Origin: Promethearchaeia archaeon
Lineage (GTDB): Archaea > Asgardarchaeota > Lokiarchaeia > Sigyniarchaeales > SOKP01
Length of the DNA stretch: 64,000 nt
NCBI GenBank assembly: GCA_029856155.1
Contig: JAHQWL010000052.1
Coordinates: 96,001 to 160,000 of the forward strand
Reading direction: 5' to 3'
In this document: piece by piece, positions 28,692-37,829 of the stretch
Numbering within the stretch: the stretch's first letter is position 1
How the letters are laid out: the number at the start of each line of letters is the position of its first letter
The notes under the pieces: generated by a model
What the model was told of the DNA's origin: nothing
What the model saw: the letters and a program-made list of their open reading frames with translations, nothing else
Databases searched by the model: none
Made by a program: the position numbers and the translations under genes

Positions 28692-30131
28692 ATTATTAAA
28701 AAATCACTAACTCTAACTTGTATAGAATGCAAAAAAAAGTATGAATTTACCTCTATTCAACATAAATGTCCTGAATGTAAAGGACTATTATGGTTTGAAG
28801 TTAATTTAGAAAGATTTAGACAACAATTCTCTGAAATTGAAGCTATAAATAAATTTTGGGATTACAAATTTGCACTTCCTCAAGTACAGGATGATTTTAT
28901 TGTTTCATTAGGGGAAGGGGGTAGTCCTTGTAAAAATTCAAAAAAATTTGGAGAAAAATTGGGATTAAAGTTCTTATTTTTTAAAGATGAAACTCAAAAT
29001 CCAACTAATTCTTTTAAAGATCGTGCGGCAGCATTATTAGTTTCTCATGCGCGTAGTTGGGATTATAAAAAAATTATCTGTGCTTCAAATGGTAATCAAG
29101 GTGCCTCATTAGCAGCATATGCTTCTGTAGAAGGAATGAGTTGTTTGAATATCATCCCAAGAATAATTGATGTAGGAAAAAAAGCTCAAATGATCGCGTA
29201 TAACTCCGAATTAGAAGTAATTGGAGAGACTGTTGATGATGCTATTGAAGAACTATTAATACGAAAAAATATTACAGATTTCTATCAAGGTTCTCCTGAT
29301 TTGAATCCACTTACCCTTGAAGCCCAGAAAACCATCGCTTATGAAATAATTAAACAGGTTGAAGAACCAAATTGGATTTTAATCCCCATGGGAAGTGGAG
29401 AATTATTAGTAAGTCTATGGAAAGGATTTCATGAGCTTCTAGAGGCTAATGTCATAAAGAGGCTTCCAAAATTAGTTGGTGTCCAATCAGAAGCCTCATC
29501 TCCCATTGTGGATGAATTCTTTAAAGATAAGGGGAGTATTCTGAAAAATCAAGAAATTCAAAATTCTATAGCCCTAGGAGTTTTAGTAAGAAATCCTATA
29601 TATAAAGATTTAGCTATTAAATGTATTAGGGAAAGTGAAGGCACTGTAATGTCAATTCTGGAGGAAAATATATTAAATTCAATTGATAAACTAGTAAGAT
29701 ATGAAGGAATCTTTGCAGAACCCGCATCAGCTTTAACTATAGCTGCAGTTCAATCATTGCAAAATAAAAATGTGTTTGATGATAATGAAAAAATTGTATG
29801 TCTTATCACTGGTAGTGGACTAAAAGCACCTTACATTTTAGAAGCGTTATCATCTCAAACAAAAACGACAGGAAAAGGTTCAATTATTATAACAAAATTA
29901 AAAATATTATCTCAAATATCCCTATCTGGTGAAAAAGGGATTTATGGAAGTAAAATCCATGAAATAATAAGCCCTGGTAAAAAAATTTCTGGAATTTATC
30001 AGCACTTGAAAGATTTAGAATCAAAAGGTCTAATAATGCGAAAAAAAGAAGGAAAACATATATTGTATTTTATAACTGAAAATGGAAAAAAAGTTCTTGA
30101 TGCATTAGATGTCCTAATTACACTCCTTTAA
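28692..30131 (+). CDS. Threonine-synthase-fold PLP protein fused to a C-terminal winged helix (probable ATT start at 28692 or 28695)
   Basis: Upstream in-frame extension encodes a CIEC...CPEC Zn ribbon and SLGEGGSP; NPTNSFKDR PLP lysine; EGIFAEPASA; ITGSGLK; C-terminal wHTH (IYQHLKDLESKGLI...YFITENG); GAGGT at 28681. Confidence 0.88.
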   Translation: MIKKSLTLTCIECKKKYEFTSIQHKCPECKGLLWFEVNLERFRQQFSEIEAINKFWDYKFALPQVQDDFIVSLGEGGSPCKNSKKFGEKLGLKFLFFKDETQNPTNSFKDRAAALLVSHARSWDYKKIICASNGNQGASLAAYASVEGMSCLNIIPRIIDVGKKAQMIAYNSELEVIGETVDDAIEELLIRKNITDFYQGSPDLNPLTLEAQKTIAYEIIKQVEEPNWILIPMGSGELLVSLWKGFHELLEANVIKRLPKLVGVQSEASSPIVDEFFKDKGSILKNQEIQNSIALGVLVRNPIYKDLAIKCIRESEGTVMSILEENILNSIDKLVRYEGIFAEPASALTIAAVQSLQNKNVFDDNEKIVCLITGSGLKAPYILEALSSQTKTTGKGSIIITKLKILSQISLSGEKGIYGSKIHEIISPGKKISGIYQHLKDLESKGLIMRKKEGKHILYFITENGKKVLDALDVLITLL

Positions 30132-30769
30132 GATTCATATAATTCAACTTCTTTTCTACCTTCTACTAGAAATACTTTATCAAAAACTTGAGGAAAACTT
30201 TGAATAATATTCTTTCTAACAACAGATATTATCAGTAAGGATATTAAACCTGATATACCAAATTGTATTATTCCATTTAAAATTACCTCATATAAAGCAC
30301 TAACAAATCCCCAAAGTATAATTTCATAAATAAAATAACCAAGTACCATGAATAAACCTCCCAATACAACAGCTACTATATCACGATAATTAAATTTAAT
30401 GTTATTCTGCTTAGGATTTGAAATTAATCCAATTATAAATCCTTCTAATCCTTTAATTATTAAAGTTGCTGGGGCATAAATAGCATAGCCTAAGAAAATG
30501 TCTGCTAAAGCAGAACCTATACCTCCTGCTATACCCCCTATAAAAGGACCAAATAGTAAACCTGCAAACATTACTCCAGCATCTCCAATATTAATAAATC
30601 CTTGGGTTGCTGGAATTGGTATCGAAATTACCATGGTCAATACACAAATTAAAGCTGCAAATATACCTATAATTGAAAGACATAACACATTATTAGGTAA
30701 AAGATAACCCATTAAACTTTTAGGTTTAAAAACCTTTTTTTCCTTCATTATTTCACTTTCTTCTTTCAT
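30128..30769 (-). CDS. ECF transporter S component (PdxU2/HmpT-like)
   Basis: IFAALICV (AxxxA-type helix 1), GFINIGDA, GGIGSALADIFLGY, TLIIKGLEG. Confidence 0.85.
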   Translation of the reverse strand: MKEESEIMKEKKVFKPKSLMGYLLPNNVLCLSIIGIFAALICVLTMVISIPIPATQGFINIGDAGVMFAGLLFGPFIGGIAGGIGSALADIFLGYAIYAPATLIIKGLEGFIIGLISNPKQNNIKFNYRDIVAVVLGGLFMVLGYFIYEIILWGFVSALYEVILNGIIQFGISGLISLLIISVVRKNIIQSFPQVFDKVFLVEGRKEVELYES

Positions 30770-30788
30770 AATTTTTCTACTTTTAAAT

Positions 30789-30824
30789 ATATAAGTTTGG
30801 ACTTATATAAGTTTAAACTTATAT
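30789..30824. promoter_or_regulatory. Two overlapping 20-bp palindromic operator sites
   Basis: ATATAAGTTTGGACTTATAT (30789-30808) and perfect ATATAAGTTTAAACTTATAT (30805-30824), 20 bp upstream of the S-component start. Confidence 0.7.
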
Positions 30825-30933
30825 TTAATCTATGATTTTTTTTTATTTAAATCTTTATGTTCAGATTAAAATTAGAAAAAAAGGATCCTATCAATCTAGT
30901 TTATTTTGGAAAATTGTTAAAAAAAAATATAAG

Positions 30934-31890
30934 TTAGAAATTAGAATAAACCATAAATTTGTTTCCTGAACCAAGACTATAGATTTCAAAATTCGTTCCA
31001 CGCTTGGTAGTCGCCATCATTTGTATCATCGGAAAGAGATAAATCTGGGATGTGATTTGGGCATCTTCATCTTTTTCATGTTTTCTATAATCAGTCTTCG
31101 CGGCTCCTATAGTCTTACTGATATTTTTATTCATATACCCTAAAGATGCTTCTGTCTTGGACTCTAATTCTTTAAAATCACTGAACTTTATTCCTTCGAT
31201 ATCTTCAATCATTTTATGAAGGTCTTCTCCGATTTCTTTTTCATATCTTGTTTGAGCACTACTATGTAAAATTGGGATTCCAGTTACTACAGTTTGAAAA
31301 GGAACTGGAAGAATTTCATATTTATACATATTTTTATGACCTCCACACTCCTTGCATGGTTCTATTCTGTTTCCAGTTCCATAACACACACCACACGGAT
31401 ACGAAAAGGGTTTTTTTTCTTTTTTTTGTTCTTCTCCAACTAAAACTGTAAATGTTTCCTCTATTTTTCCCGTTCCTTTACATGTCTTACATTTATCTTC
31501 GAGATATCCTTTCCCTTTACAATTTTTGCAAGGAACAGCTTGAATTGATTCAAAATGAGGGACTTTTTCATTCTCTTTCCAATTCTCCTTATTTATTTTG
31601 CCAGCACCTTTAAAAGAATAATACTGTTCTCTACCAACTCTTGGAGCTGTAACTAGGTTTTCATCTTTCCCCGTTGGAGTAGGTCCAAGAGATTTTTTAA
31701 CAGCAAAATATATTGCTGCCTCTTTCATTGTATCCTTAACATATTCTGCTGCACTTATAGCATCTAAAGAGAAAACTGCTCCTTTGGTTCCAAATTGTTT
31801 TTCCATCTTCTTTCGATCTGTTCTTGCAACTTTTTCCTTCCATTTCACCCATATATCATCGAGATTGGGTGTTTTTATCCTGGTTGACAT
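30934..31890 (-). CDS. DnaJ-type CxxCxGxG zinc-finger protein without a J domain
   Basis: CKNCKGKG, CKTCKGTG, CGVCYGTG, CKECGG; no HPD motif. Confidence 0.75.
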   Translation of the reverse strand: MSTRIKTPNLDDIWVKWKEKVARTDRKKMEKQFGTKGAVFSLDAISAAEYVKDTMKEAAIYFAVKKSLGPTPTGKDENLVTAPRVGREQYYSFKGAGKINKENWKENEKVPHFESIQAVPCKNCKGKGYLEDKCKTCKGTGKIEETFTVLVGEEQKKEKKPFSYPCGVCYGTGNRIEPCKECGGHKNMYKYEILPVPFQTVVTGIPILHSSAQTRYEKEIGEDLHKMIEDIEGIKFSDFKELESKTEASLGYMNKNISKTIGAAKTDYRKHEKDEDAQITSQIYLFPMIQMMATTKRGTNFEIYSLGSGNKFMVYSNF

Positions 31891-32040
31891 TTTTTTTCAC
31901 TTATAAAAATTAATTTTAAATTTAATTAACTTTATTTAATTGATGTAGAATTATAAAAATATAAAATAGAATGATTTATAATTTTTATATAAAAGAAAAT
32001 AAAAAATAAAACTAACTATAACAGAAAAGTCGAATAAAAA

Positions 32041-32202
32041 ATGTCTGCAGAAGAACGTCAATCTGTTGAATACTTCCTTGAGTGGATTAGAAATCAAGGT
32101 CTTTCGCAATGGTTGGAGCATTTTCTAAATCAAGGCGATGAGACAAAACTTAGGCAAATTAAAGAAATCTATGATAAAATTAAACAAGTATTTGGATTTT
32201 AA
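32041..32202 (+). CDS. 53-aa microprotein with a SAM-like N-terminus (absent from ORF track)
   Basis: MSAEERQSVEYFLEWIRNQGLSQWLEHFLNQGDETKLRQIKEIYDKIKQVFGF*; ATG start; coding-like GC content in an AT-rich gap. Confidence 0.7.
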   Translation: MSAEERQSVEYFLEWIRNQGLSQWLEHFLNQGDETKLRQIKEIYDKIKQVFGF

Positions 32203-32329
32203 TTTTAATCTATTTTTTATTATCTTAATTCTTAATTTATTCTTAATTGATTTTAGGTTTTTTAGAATTTAGTAAAATTGAATTGTTGGTTTTCATTCTA
32301 ATCTATTATTATTCACAATTGGTTTCAAA

Positions 32330-34996
32330 TTGAGTGTCCCTTTAAGATCTTATTTCATTGTTTTTGATAGAAATCGTGATCATAGAAAAGAATTGCTTTT
32401 TAATGTAAATTTCTTTTACCTTAAATCATTTAAGAAAAAAAGATTCAAATTTACATATGTAAATGAGCCATTCTTTAGGGGAACCGTAATATTTGGGTTA
32501 GATTTTAAAAATAAAATGAGGCCGCTCAATTTCAATAAAATAGAGAAAGATGGAAGTATTCAGCCAATTAATCCACATTTACTACGGAAATTTATTTTAT
32601 CAAATGAAAACAAATTTATTGCTTTTTCAAGTCAAACTTCATCTGAGGATATCCTACCAGTAAGAGAGATGTTAAAAAGTTTACAATTTGATGCAGAAAA
32701 TATAGTTAATTTGACTTTATGTAATTCTTGTTTGGATAAAAATAAATTTACTTTAATTAATCAAAATCTTCAAATTAAATCATATAAAAATCAAATAATT
32801 TGTTCTGAATGTGCTTTTGATATCGTATTAAATAGAATTAAGTTAACAGGTTTAATTTCTCAAGAAAAAATCAGTCCTAAATTAAAAAATTTTTTCATGC
32901 ATTTATTACACAAATTTAGAGATATTAGAAAGGTATTGGAGGCTTTTAAAGCAGATTTTAATCCAGTAATCAATAGAGATATAACTCTTTATGATATTGA
33001 AAAAACACCTTCAATTAGTAAAAAATATCTTAATCAAAAAATAGAAAATCTGGATATTCATCCCGCATTAAAAAAAGTATTGAAAGGATTAAGCTTATTA
33101 ACTTTATTACCAATCCAAGCAATATCAATTGAAAAAGGTCTATTAACAGAACGTAATAATCAATTAATTATGGCCCCTACTTCTGGTGGAAAAACTCTTG
33201 TAGGAGAATTGACGGGGATTTCAAGAGTGTTAAATGACAGAAAAGCTAAAATGCTATATTTAGTCCCTATTGTTGCCTTAGCTAATATAAGAACGGAAGA
33301 ATTTAAAGAGAAATATAGCCCAATTAAATTAAAAGTCATTAAGAGAATTGGAGAGTCATTATTCGGAAAGAAAGAGGAGGATAATATTGAAGACTTAACT
33401 AAAGCACATGTCATTATTGCAACTTATGAAGCAATTGATTTTATCTTAAGAAGTGGAAATAAAGAGGTTTTAGGAGATATTGGTACAATAGTAATTGATG
33501 AAATTCAAACATTAATCGATCCAGATCGGGGTTTCATATTAGACGGTTTAATAGCTAGGTTAAAAACACAATTTAATTCTCAAATTCTATATTTAAGTGC
33601 AACCTTAGGAGAACCAGAGCATTTAGCACAAAAATTAAAGTGTAAATTAATTAAGTATAATAATCGCCCAGTTCCAGTTGAACGTCATCTATTATTATGC
33701 TTAAATGAAGCTCAAAAACAAAAATATATTTCTAAATTAATAAAAGCTGAATTTTCTATAAAATCGATATATGGTTTTAAAGGCCAAACGATAGTTTTTA
33801 CAAATACTCGAAAAAAGTGTGAATCAATATCATCCTATTTACAGCAAAAAGGTATCAATGTAGCATCCTATCATTCAGGACTAACAAATGAAGAGAGAAA
33901 GATTATTGAAAAAGAATTTCAATCTCAAAAAATAATGGGGGTCGTTGCAACAGCAGCGTTAGCAGCAGGAGTAGACCTTCCCGCTCGTCAGGTGATTTTT
34001 GAATCTTTATCTATGGGTATAAAGTGGTTATCTGTTGCAGAATTCGAACAGATGCTTGGAAGAGCAGGAAGATTAAAAAAACATGAAAAAGGATTAGCTT
34101 ATATACTTATTGAACCCGGAAAGATTTATTCTCCTAAAATGAAAATTACTGAAGAAAATATAGCCATAAAATTATTAAATGGTAAAATTAAAGATTATGA
34201 GCTCAATCCTGACGAAAATAAATCTCAAACCGAAATTCTTGCATTTATTTCCATGTTTAATCAACGGATTACAAAAGGACAAATTTTTGAATTTTATAAA
34301 CATCTAATTAATGATTATTTCAATTTGGAAGAAATTTTGAAGAAATTAATTTCTTTTAATTTGATAGGAATAAAGGAAAATTTAACTCTCAAGGCTACTC
34401 GTTTAGGTATGTCAATTGCTAAGTCTTTTTTAAGTGTTGATGAAAGCCTTGAAATAATTGAAAAATTACAAAATAATTTAGCTACTCCGTTGGATATTGC
34501 TTTAGACTTAGAATTTCTAAGAAATGTGTATTTATCAAAAAATATAGTTGCAGATTTATCTAAGAATATGAATATGAAATATTTTTCAAACAATTTATTC
34601 AGCGCCAGTGTGTTATCTTTAATGAATGCTGATTATGTTAAGAAAAGAAAAACGTTCTCACGTGATTTTATTGATTTTATAATGAAATTAACAAGCGATA
34701 TATTTAATTGTAACTGCAAAGATAATCCTTATTGTGATTGCGGGCGTTTAAATCTGGAAAAATTAATAGTTAATCTACGTATTAAAGAAGACATGACAAT
34801 TGAAGAAATCTCTAATTATTTGATTGAAGAATATAAGATATTAGTTTTTAAAGGAGATCTTATTGATTATTTAGAGAATTTAATCTATAGTCTAGAAAGC
34901 ATTAAAAATATTGCAGAAGGACTATCTAATTTAAATAAAAACTATGTAAGGGAGATTGAGGAAATTCCATACTTAATAGAACGGATAAAGTATTAG
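32330..34996 (+). CDS. Archaeal Ski2-like DExx-box helicase (COG1202/DUF5814-type)
   Basis: LLPIQ, APTSGGKT, DEIQ, SAT, YHSGL, QMLGRAGR; N-terminal Cys pairs and C-terminal CNCKDNPYCDCG. Confidence 0.9.
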   Translation: MSVPLRSYFIVFDRNRDHRKELLFNVNFFYLKSFKKKRFKFTYVNEPFFRGTVIFGLDFKNKMRPLNFNKIEKDGSIQPINPHLLRKFILSNENKFIAFSSQTSSEDILPVREMLKSLQFDAENIVNLTLCNSCLDKNKFTLINQNLQIKSYKNQIICSECAFDIVLNRIKLTGLISQEKISPKLKNFFMHLLHKFRDIRKVLEAFKADFNPVINRDITLYDIEKTPSISKKYLNQKIENLDIHPALKKVLKGLSLLTLLPIQAISIEKGLLTERNNQLIMAPTSGGKTLVGELTGISRVLNDRKAKMLYLVPIVALANIRTEEFKEKYSPIKLKVIKRIGESLFGKKEEDNIEDLTKAHVIIATYEAIDFILRSGNKEVLGDIGTIVIDEIQTLIDPDRGFILDGLIARLKTQFNSQILYLSATLGEPEHLAQKLKCKLIKYNNRPVPVERHLLLCLNEAQKQKYISKLIKAEFSIKSIYGFKGQTIVFTNTRKKCESISSYLQQKGINVASYHSGLTNEERKIIEKEFQSQKIMGVVATAALAAGVDLPARQVIFESLSMGIKWLSVAEFEQMLGRAGRLKKHEKGLAYILIEPGKIYSPKMKITEENIAIKLLNGKIKDYELNPDENKSQTEILAFISMFNQRITKGQIFEFYKHLINDYFNLEEILKKLISFNLIGIKENLTLKATRLGMSIAKSFLSVDESLEIIEKLQNNLATPLDIALDLEFLRNVYLSKNIVADLSKNMNMKYFSNNLFSASVLSLMNADYVKKRKTFSRDFIDFIMKLTSDIFNCNCKDNPYCDCGRLNLEKLIVNLRIKEDMTIEEISNYLIEEYKILVFKGDLIDYLENLIYSLESIKNIAEGLSNLNKNYVREIEEIPYLIERIKY

Positions 34997-36186
34997 GTTA
35001 AGTGAATTTCTACTATATCCATGTCCTTTAAAATATAATCTAAACCAACCTTTTTACGCTTTTGACGTTCACCTTCTCGTATAATTATAGCATGATCGAA
35101 AGAATCATAAAAACTTCTATGAACTTTTAATGCAACTTCCTTAACGGTAGTGATCTCATCCATTATCAATGGTTGTTCAGCTATAATTCCATTACTCATA
35201 GTATATATCCTAATTTTCTTTAAGAATTTTAATATTATATCACCAAAATCTCTAGGAAAATTCTCTTTTTGATAACTTGTCCCTAAAATTAGAGGAAATC
35301 TATCTGAATACTTGCTTTTTAATTTTTCAAAAATATCTTGAGTATAAGAAAGATCTCCCTTAGTTCCTAGTATTATTACCTTCTTATATACAACAGAGGG
35401 AGTTAAAACGTCTATTACATTATCAAGGGTTATCTCACCATAAATTTTTACAATCCCATTACGAATTCCATTTTCATATACAATTTCTTTTATTTCTTCT
35501 GTTAATTCATCTAATCCTTCAATCCCCTGTGCCTCTTTAGTCAGATAAAGCACTTGAATTTTGTGTGCTCCTGTTTTTTCAATTATTAAAGGTGGGGGTG
35601 ATATATTTATTCGAATATCAGCTCTAGATAATTCATTTAATAATAAATTCATTTGTTCTTCAATATTTCTTGATAGATCTATACAAAAACATAATAAATC
35701 GGCTGCTCGAAGTTGTGATAGGATTTCTTTTCCATTTCCAATCCCATCAGAAGCACCCTCCATGATAGAAGGCATGTCGACGATTTGAAAACGGATTTTT
35801 TGATATTGATAAATTCCAATTTCTGGCAAAGCGGTAAATTTTCCAATTTTCTCTTCTGCGGCTCCAGTTAGTAAATTCAGAAGTGATGTTTTTCCAACTC
35901 CAGGAGTTTGAAAACTGCTGATTAATATCACTTGAATTCCTTCCTTTTTTATTGAGAATGGGCTAATAATTTTTTGTGTAATTTTTTGTTTTTGCTTACG
36001 ATTGTCTAATTCACGCTTCATCTTTGCTAAGCGGGATTTATTAAGCGCAACAATTTTTTCTGTTGCTTTATGTTTAGGAACTAAGGACAAAAATTCCTCC
36101 AATTTTTTGATTCTATCTTCTAAAGCCCCAGCATCTAAATACTCTTGATATTTAGCTTTAGCTTGAGGAGGTAAATTGGAGCTCAA
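34993..36186 (-). CDS. DRG/OBG-family GTPase with TGS domain (divergent)
   Basis: PKHKATE N-terminus, PGVGKTS, QIVDMP, C-terminal KVGLDYILKDMDIVEIH. Confidence 0.85.
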   Translation of the reverse strand: MSSNLPPQAKAKYQEYLDAGALEDRIKKLEEFLSLVPKHKATEKIVALNKSRLAKMKRELDNRKQKQKITQKIISPFSIKKEGIQVILISSFQTPGVGKTSLLNLLTGAAEEKIGKFTALPEIGIYQYQKIRFQIVDMPSIMEGASDGIGNGKEILSQLRAADLLCFCIDLSRNIEEQMNLLLNELSRADIRINISPPPLIIEKTGAHKIQVLYLTKEAQGIEGLDELTEEIKEIVYENGIRNGIVKIYGEITLDNVIDVLTPSVVYKKVIILGTKGDLSYTQDIFEKLKSKYSDRFPLILGTSYQKENFPRDFGDIILKFLKKIRIYTMSNGIIAEQPLIMDEITTVKEVALKVHRSFYDSFDHAIIIREGERQKRKKVGLDYILKDMDIVEIHLT

Positions 36187-36207
36187 ATTAAAATCCTTTT
36201 TTTATAT

Positions 36208-36663
36208 TTAAAATAAAGAACGAAATCTATCTTCTGTTTTAAGTCTTAAATCCCCTAATGTTTCATTAATTCGGCTTTCAAATTGCTTAAAATATTTAGG
36301 TTTTTTCGAAAATATATCATTAAGTGGGTATCGATTGAGAAAATAGGACAAAATTTGATTCAATTGATCTTTTACTATTGATGCATCTGTTCCTTTTTCT
36401 ATTATAGCATATGATAATAAAGGTTGTCTATTATCAGCATTATCATTAGGTAATTGAATCATCTCACAATAGCAAACTAATTTAAAGGAAGCTAAACTGA
36501 TAATTGAAATATCATCTCCAAACACTTCAGTAGTAAAACTTTCAAGTGCTGTTAAAAATCCAGCACGCAAGTTTGAATCTAATAAATTGTCTGAAGATGA
36601 ATAATACTTAATCTCAACTAAATTTCGCATTCCTAAATTAATTCCTACTTCAAGAATTGCCAT
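36208..36663 (-). CDS. Longin-like domain protein
   Basis: LRAGFLTALESFTTEVFG helix and I...FLNRY pattern; 151 aa. Confidence 0.65.
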   Translation of the reverse strand: MAILEVGINLGMRNLVEIKYYSSSDNLLDSNLRAGFLTALESFTTEVFGDDISIISLASFKLVCYCEMIQLPNDNADNRQPLLSYAIIEKGTDASIVKDQLNQILSYFLNRYPLNDIFSKKPKYFKQFESRINETLGDLRLKTEDRFRSLF

Positions 36664-36878
36664 TTTAATAAAGGATGTTTTTAATCTATCTAAAATATAA
36701 TATATTTTCTACTACTTGTTTTATACTTATAATTAAAGTTTTTAGTTCTATTTTTTTTTTAAGCTTTAATTAATATTATTTTTATCGTTTTTTTAGATTA
36801 AATTTGTTAATATTAGTTCTAATATTCAATTAAATTCTTCTATAGTGATTTAAATTCTTAAAAGAAGAAGTCTAATAG

Positions 36879-37748
36879 TTAAATTTTAGTTAGATTTAAT
36901 TGTTTTTTATAAGCCGTAAAGGTATTTTGTAGTAGAAAGTGAACTGTGAGAGGTCCCACTCCACCGGGAGAAGGTGTTATCGATGAACATTTTTCCAAAA
37001 CATCTTCAAAATCAACATCTCCACATAATTTACCCTCGATTCTGTTTGTACCAACATCGATGATCACAACACCTTCTTTAATTCTTTTTTTTGTTATAAA
37101 TTTTGGTTTGCTTACTGCAACAATCAATATATCCGCATTTTTAATATATCTATCAATATTTTTTGTTGATGTATGGCAAACAGAAACTGTGGCATTCCTT
37201 TTTAATAGTAAAAATATTAGCGGTTTACCTACTAAATTTGATCTATTTATAATGACAATATCTTTCCCTCTAAGTTCTATATTGTAATTTTCTAAAAGTG
37301 CTATTATTCCTTTAGGAGTACAGGGAGCTAATTCTTCATTGTAATCAAATAGTTTTCCCCTATTAATTGGATTTAAACCATCTACATCTTTTAAGGGTGA
37401 TATTTTCTCTTGAAACTCAGCTGTAGCATCTTTTAATTTTTCTGGAAGCGGGATTTGTAATAAAATACCATGAATATTAGAATCTTTGTTGAGTTTATCG
37501 ATTTCATATAGAAGTTCTTGCTTTGAAATATCTTCTTTTAACTCAACAATAATAGAATCAATACCTACTTCTTTGCATGTTTTATGTTTAATGTTAACAT
37601 AAACTTGAGAGGAGGGATCATTTCCCACAAGTATAGTAGCTAATTTTGGCCGCTTTCCCGTTTTTATTATCGCTTTTTTAATTTGCTCTTTTAATTCTGA
37701 ATTTAATTTTTCTGCTAATATTTTTCCATCTAAGATTTTAGTATTCAT
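36879..37748 (-). CDS. folD: Methylene-THF dehydrogenase/cyclohydrolase
   Basis: ILDGK, YVNIK, KDVDG, PCTPKG, RSNLVGKP, IDVG, GDVDF, PGGVGP. Confidence 0.96.
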   Translation of the reverse strand: MNTKILDGKILAEKLNSELKEQIKKAIIKTGKRPKLATILVGNDPSSQVYVNIKHKTCKEVGIDSIIVELKEDISKQELLYEIDKLNKDSNIHGILLQIPLPEKLKDATAEFQEKISPLKDVDGLNPINRGKLFDYNEELAPCTPKGIIALLENYNIELRGKDIVIINRSNLVGKPLIFLLLKRNATVSVCHTSTKNIDRYIKNADILIVAVSKPKFITKKRIKEGVVIIDVGTNRIEGKLCGDVDFEDVLEKCSSITPSPGGVGPLTVHFLLQNTFTAYKKQLNLTKI

Positions 37749-37829
37749 GATTCATCTTGAGTATAATAAAATTTGAAATTAAAAAAAGCAATTATATTAA
37801 TATCAAAATATTGTATAAACTCAAAATCT

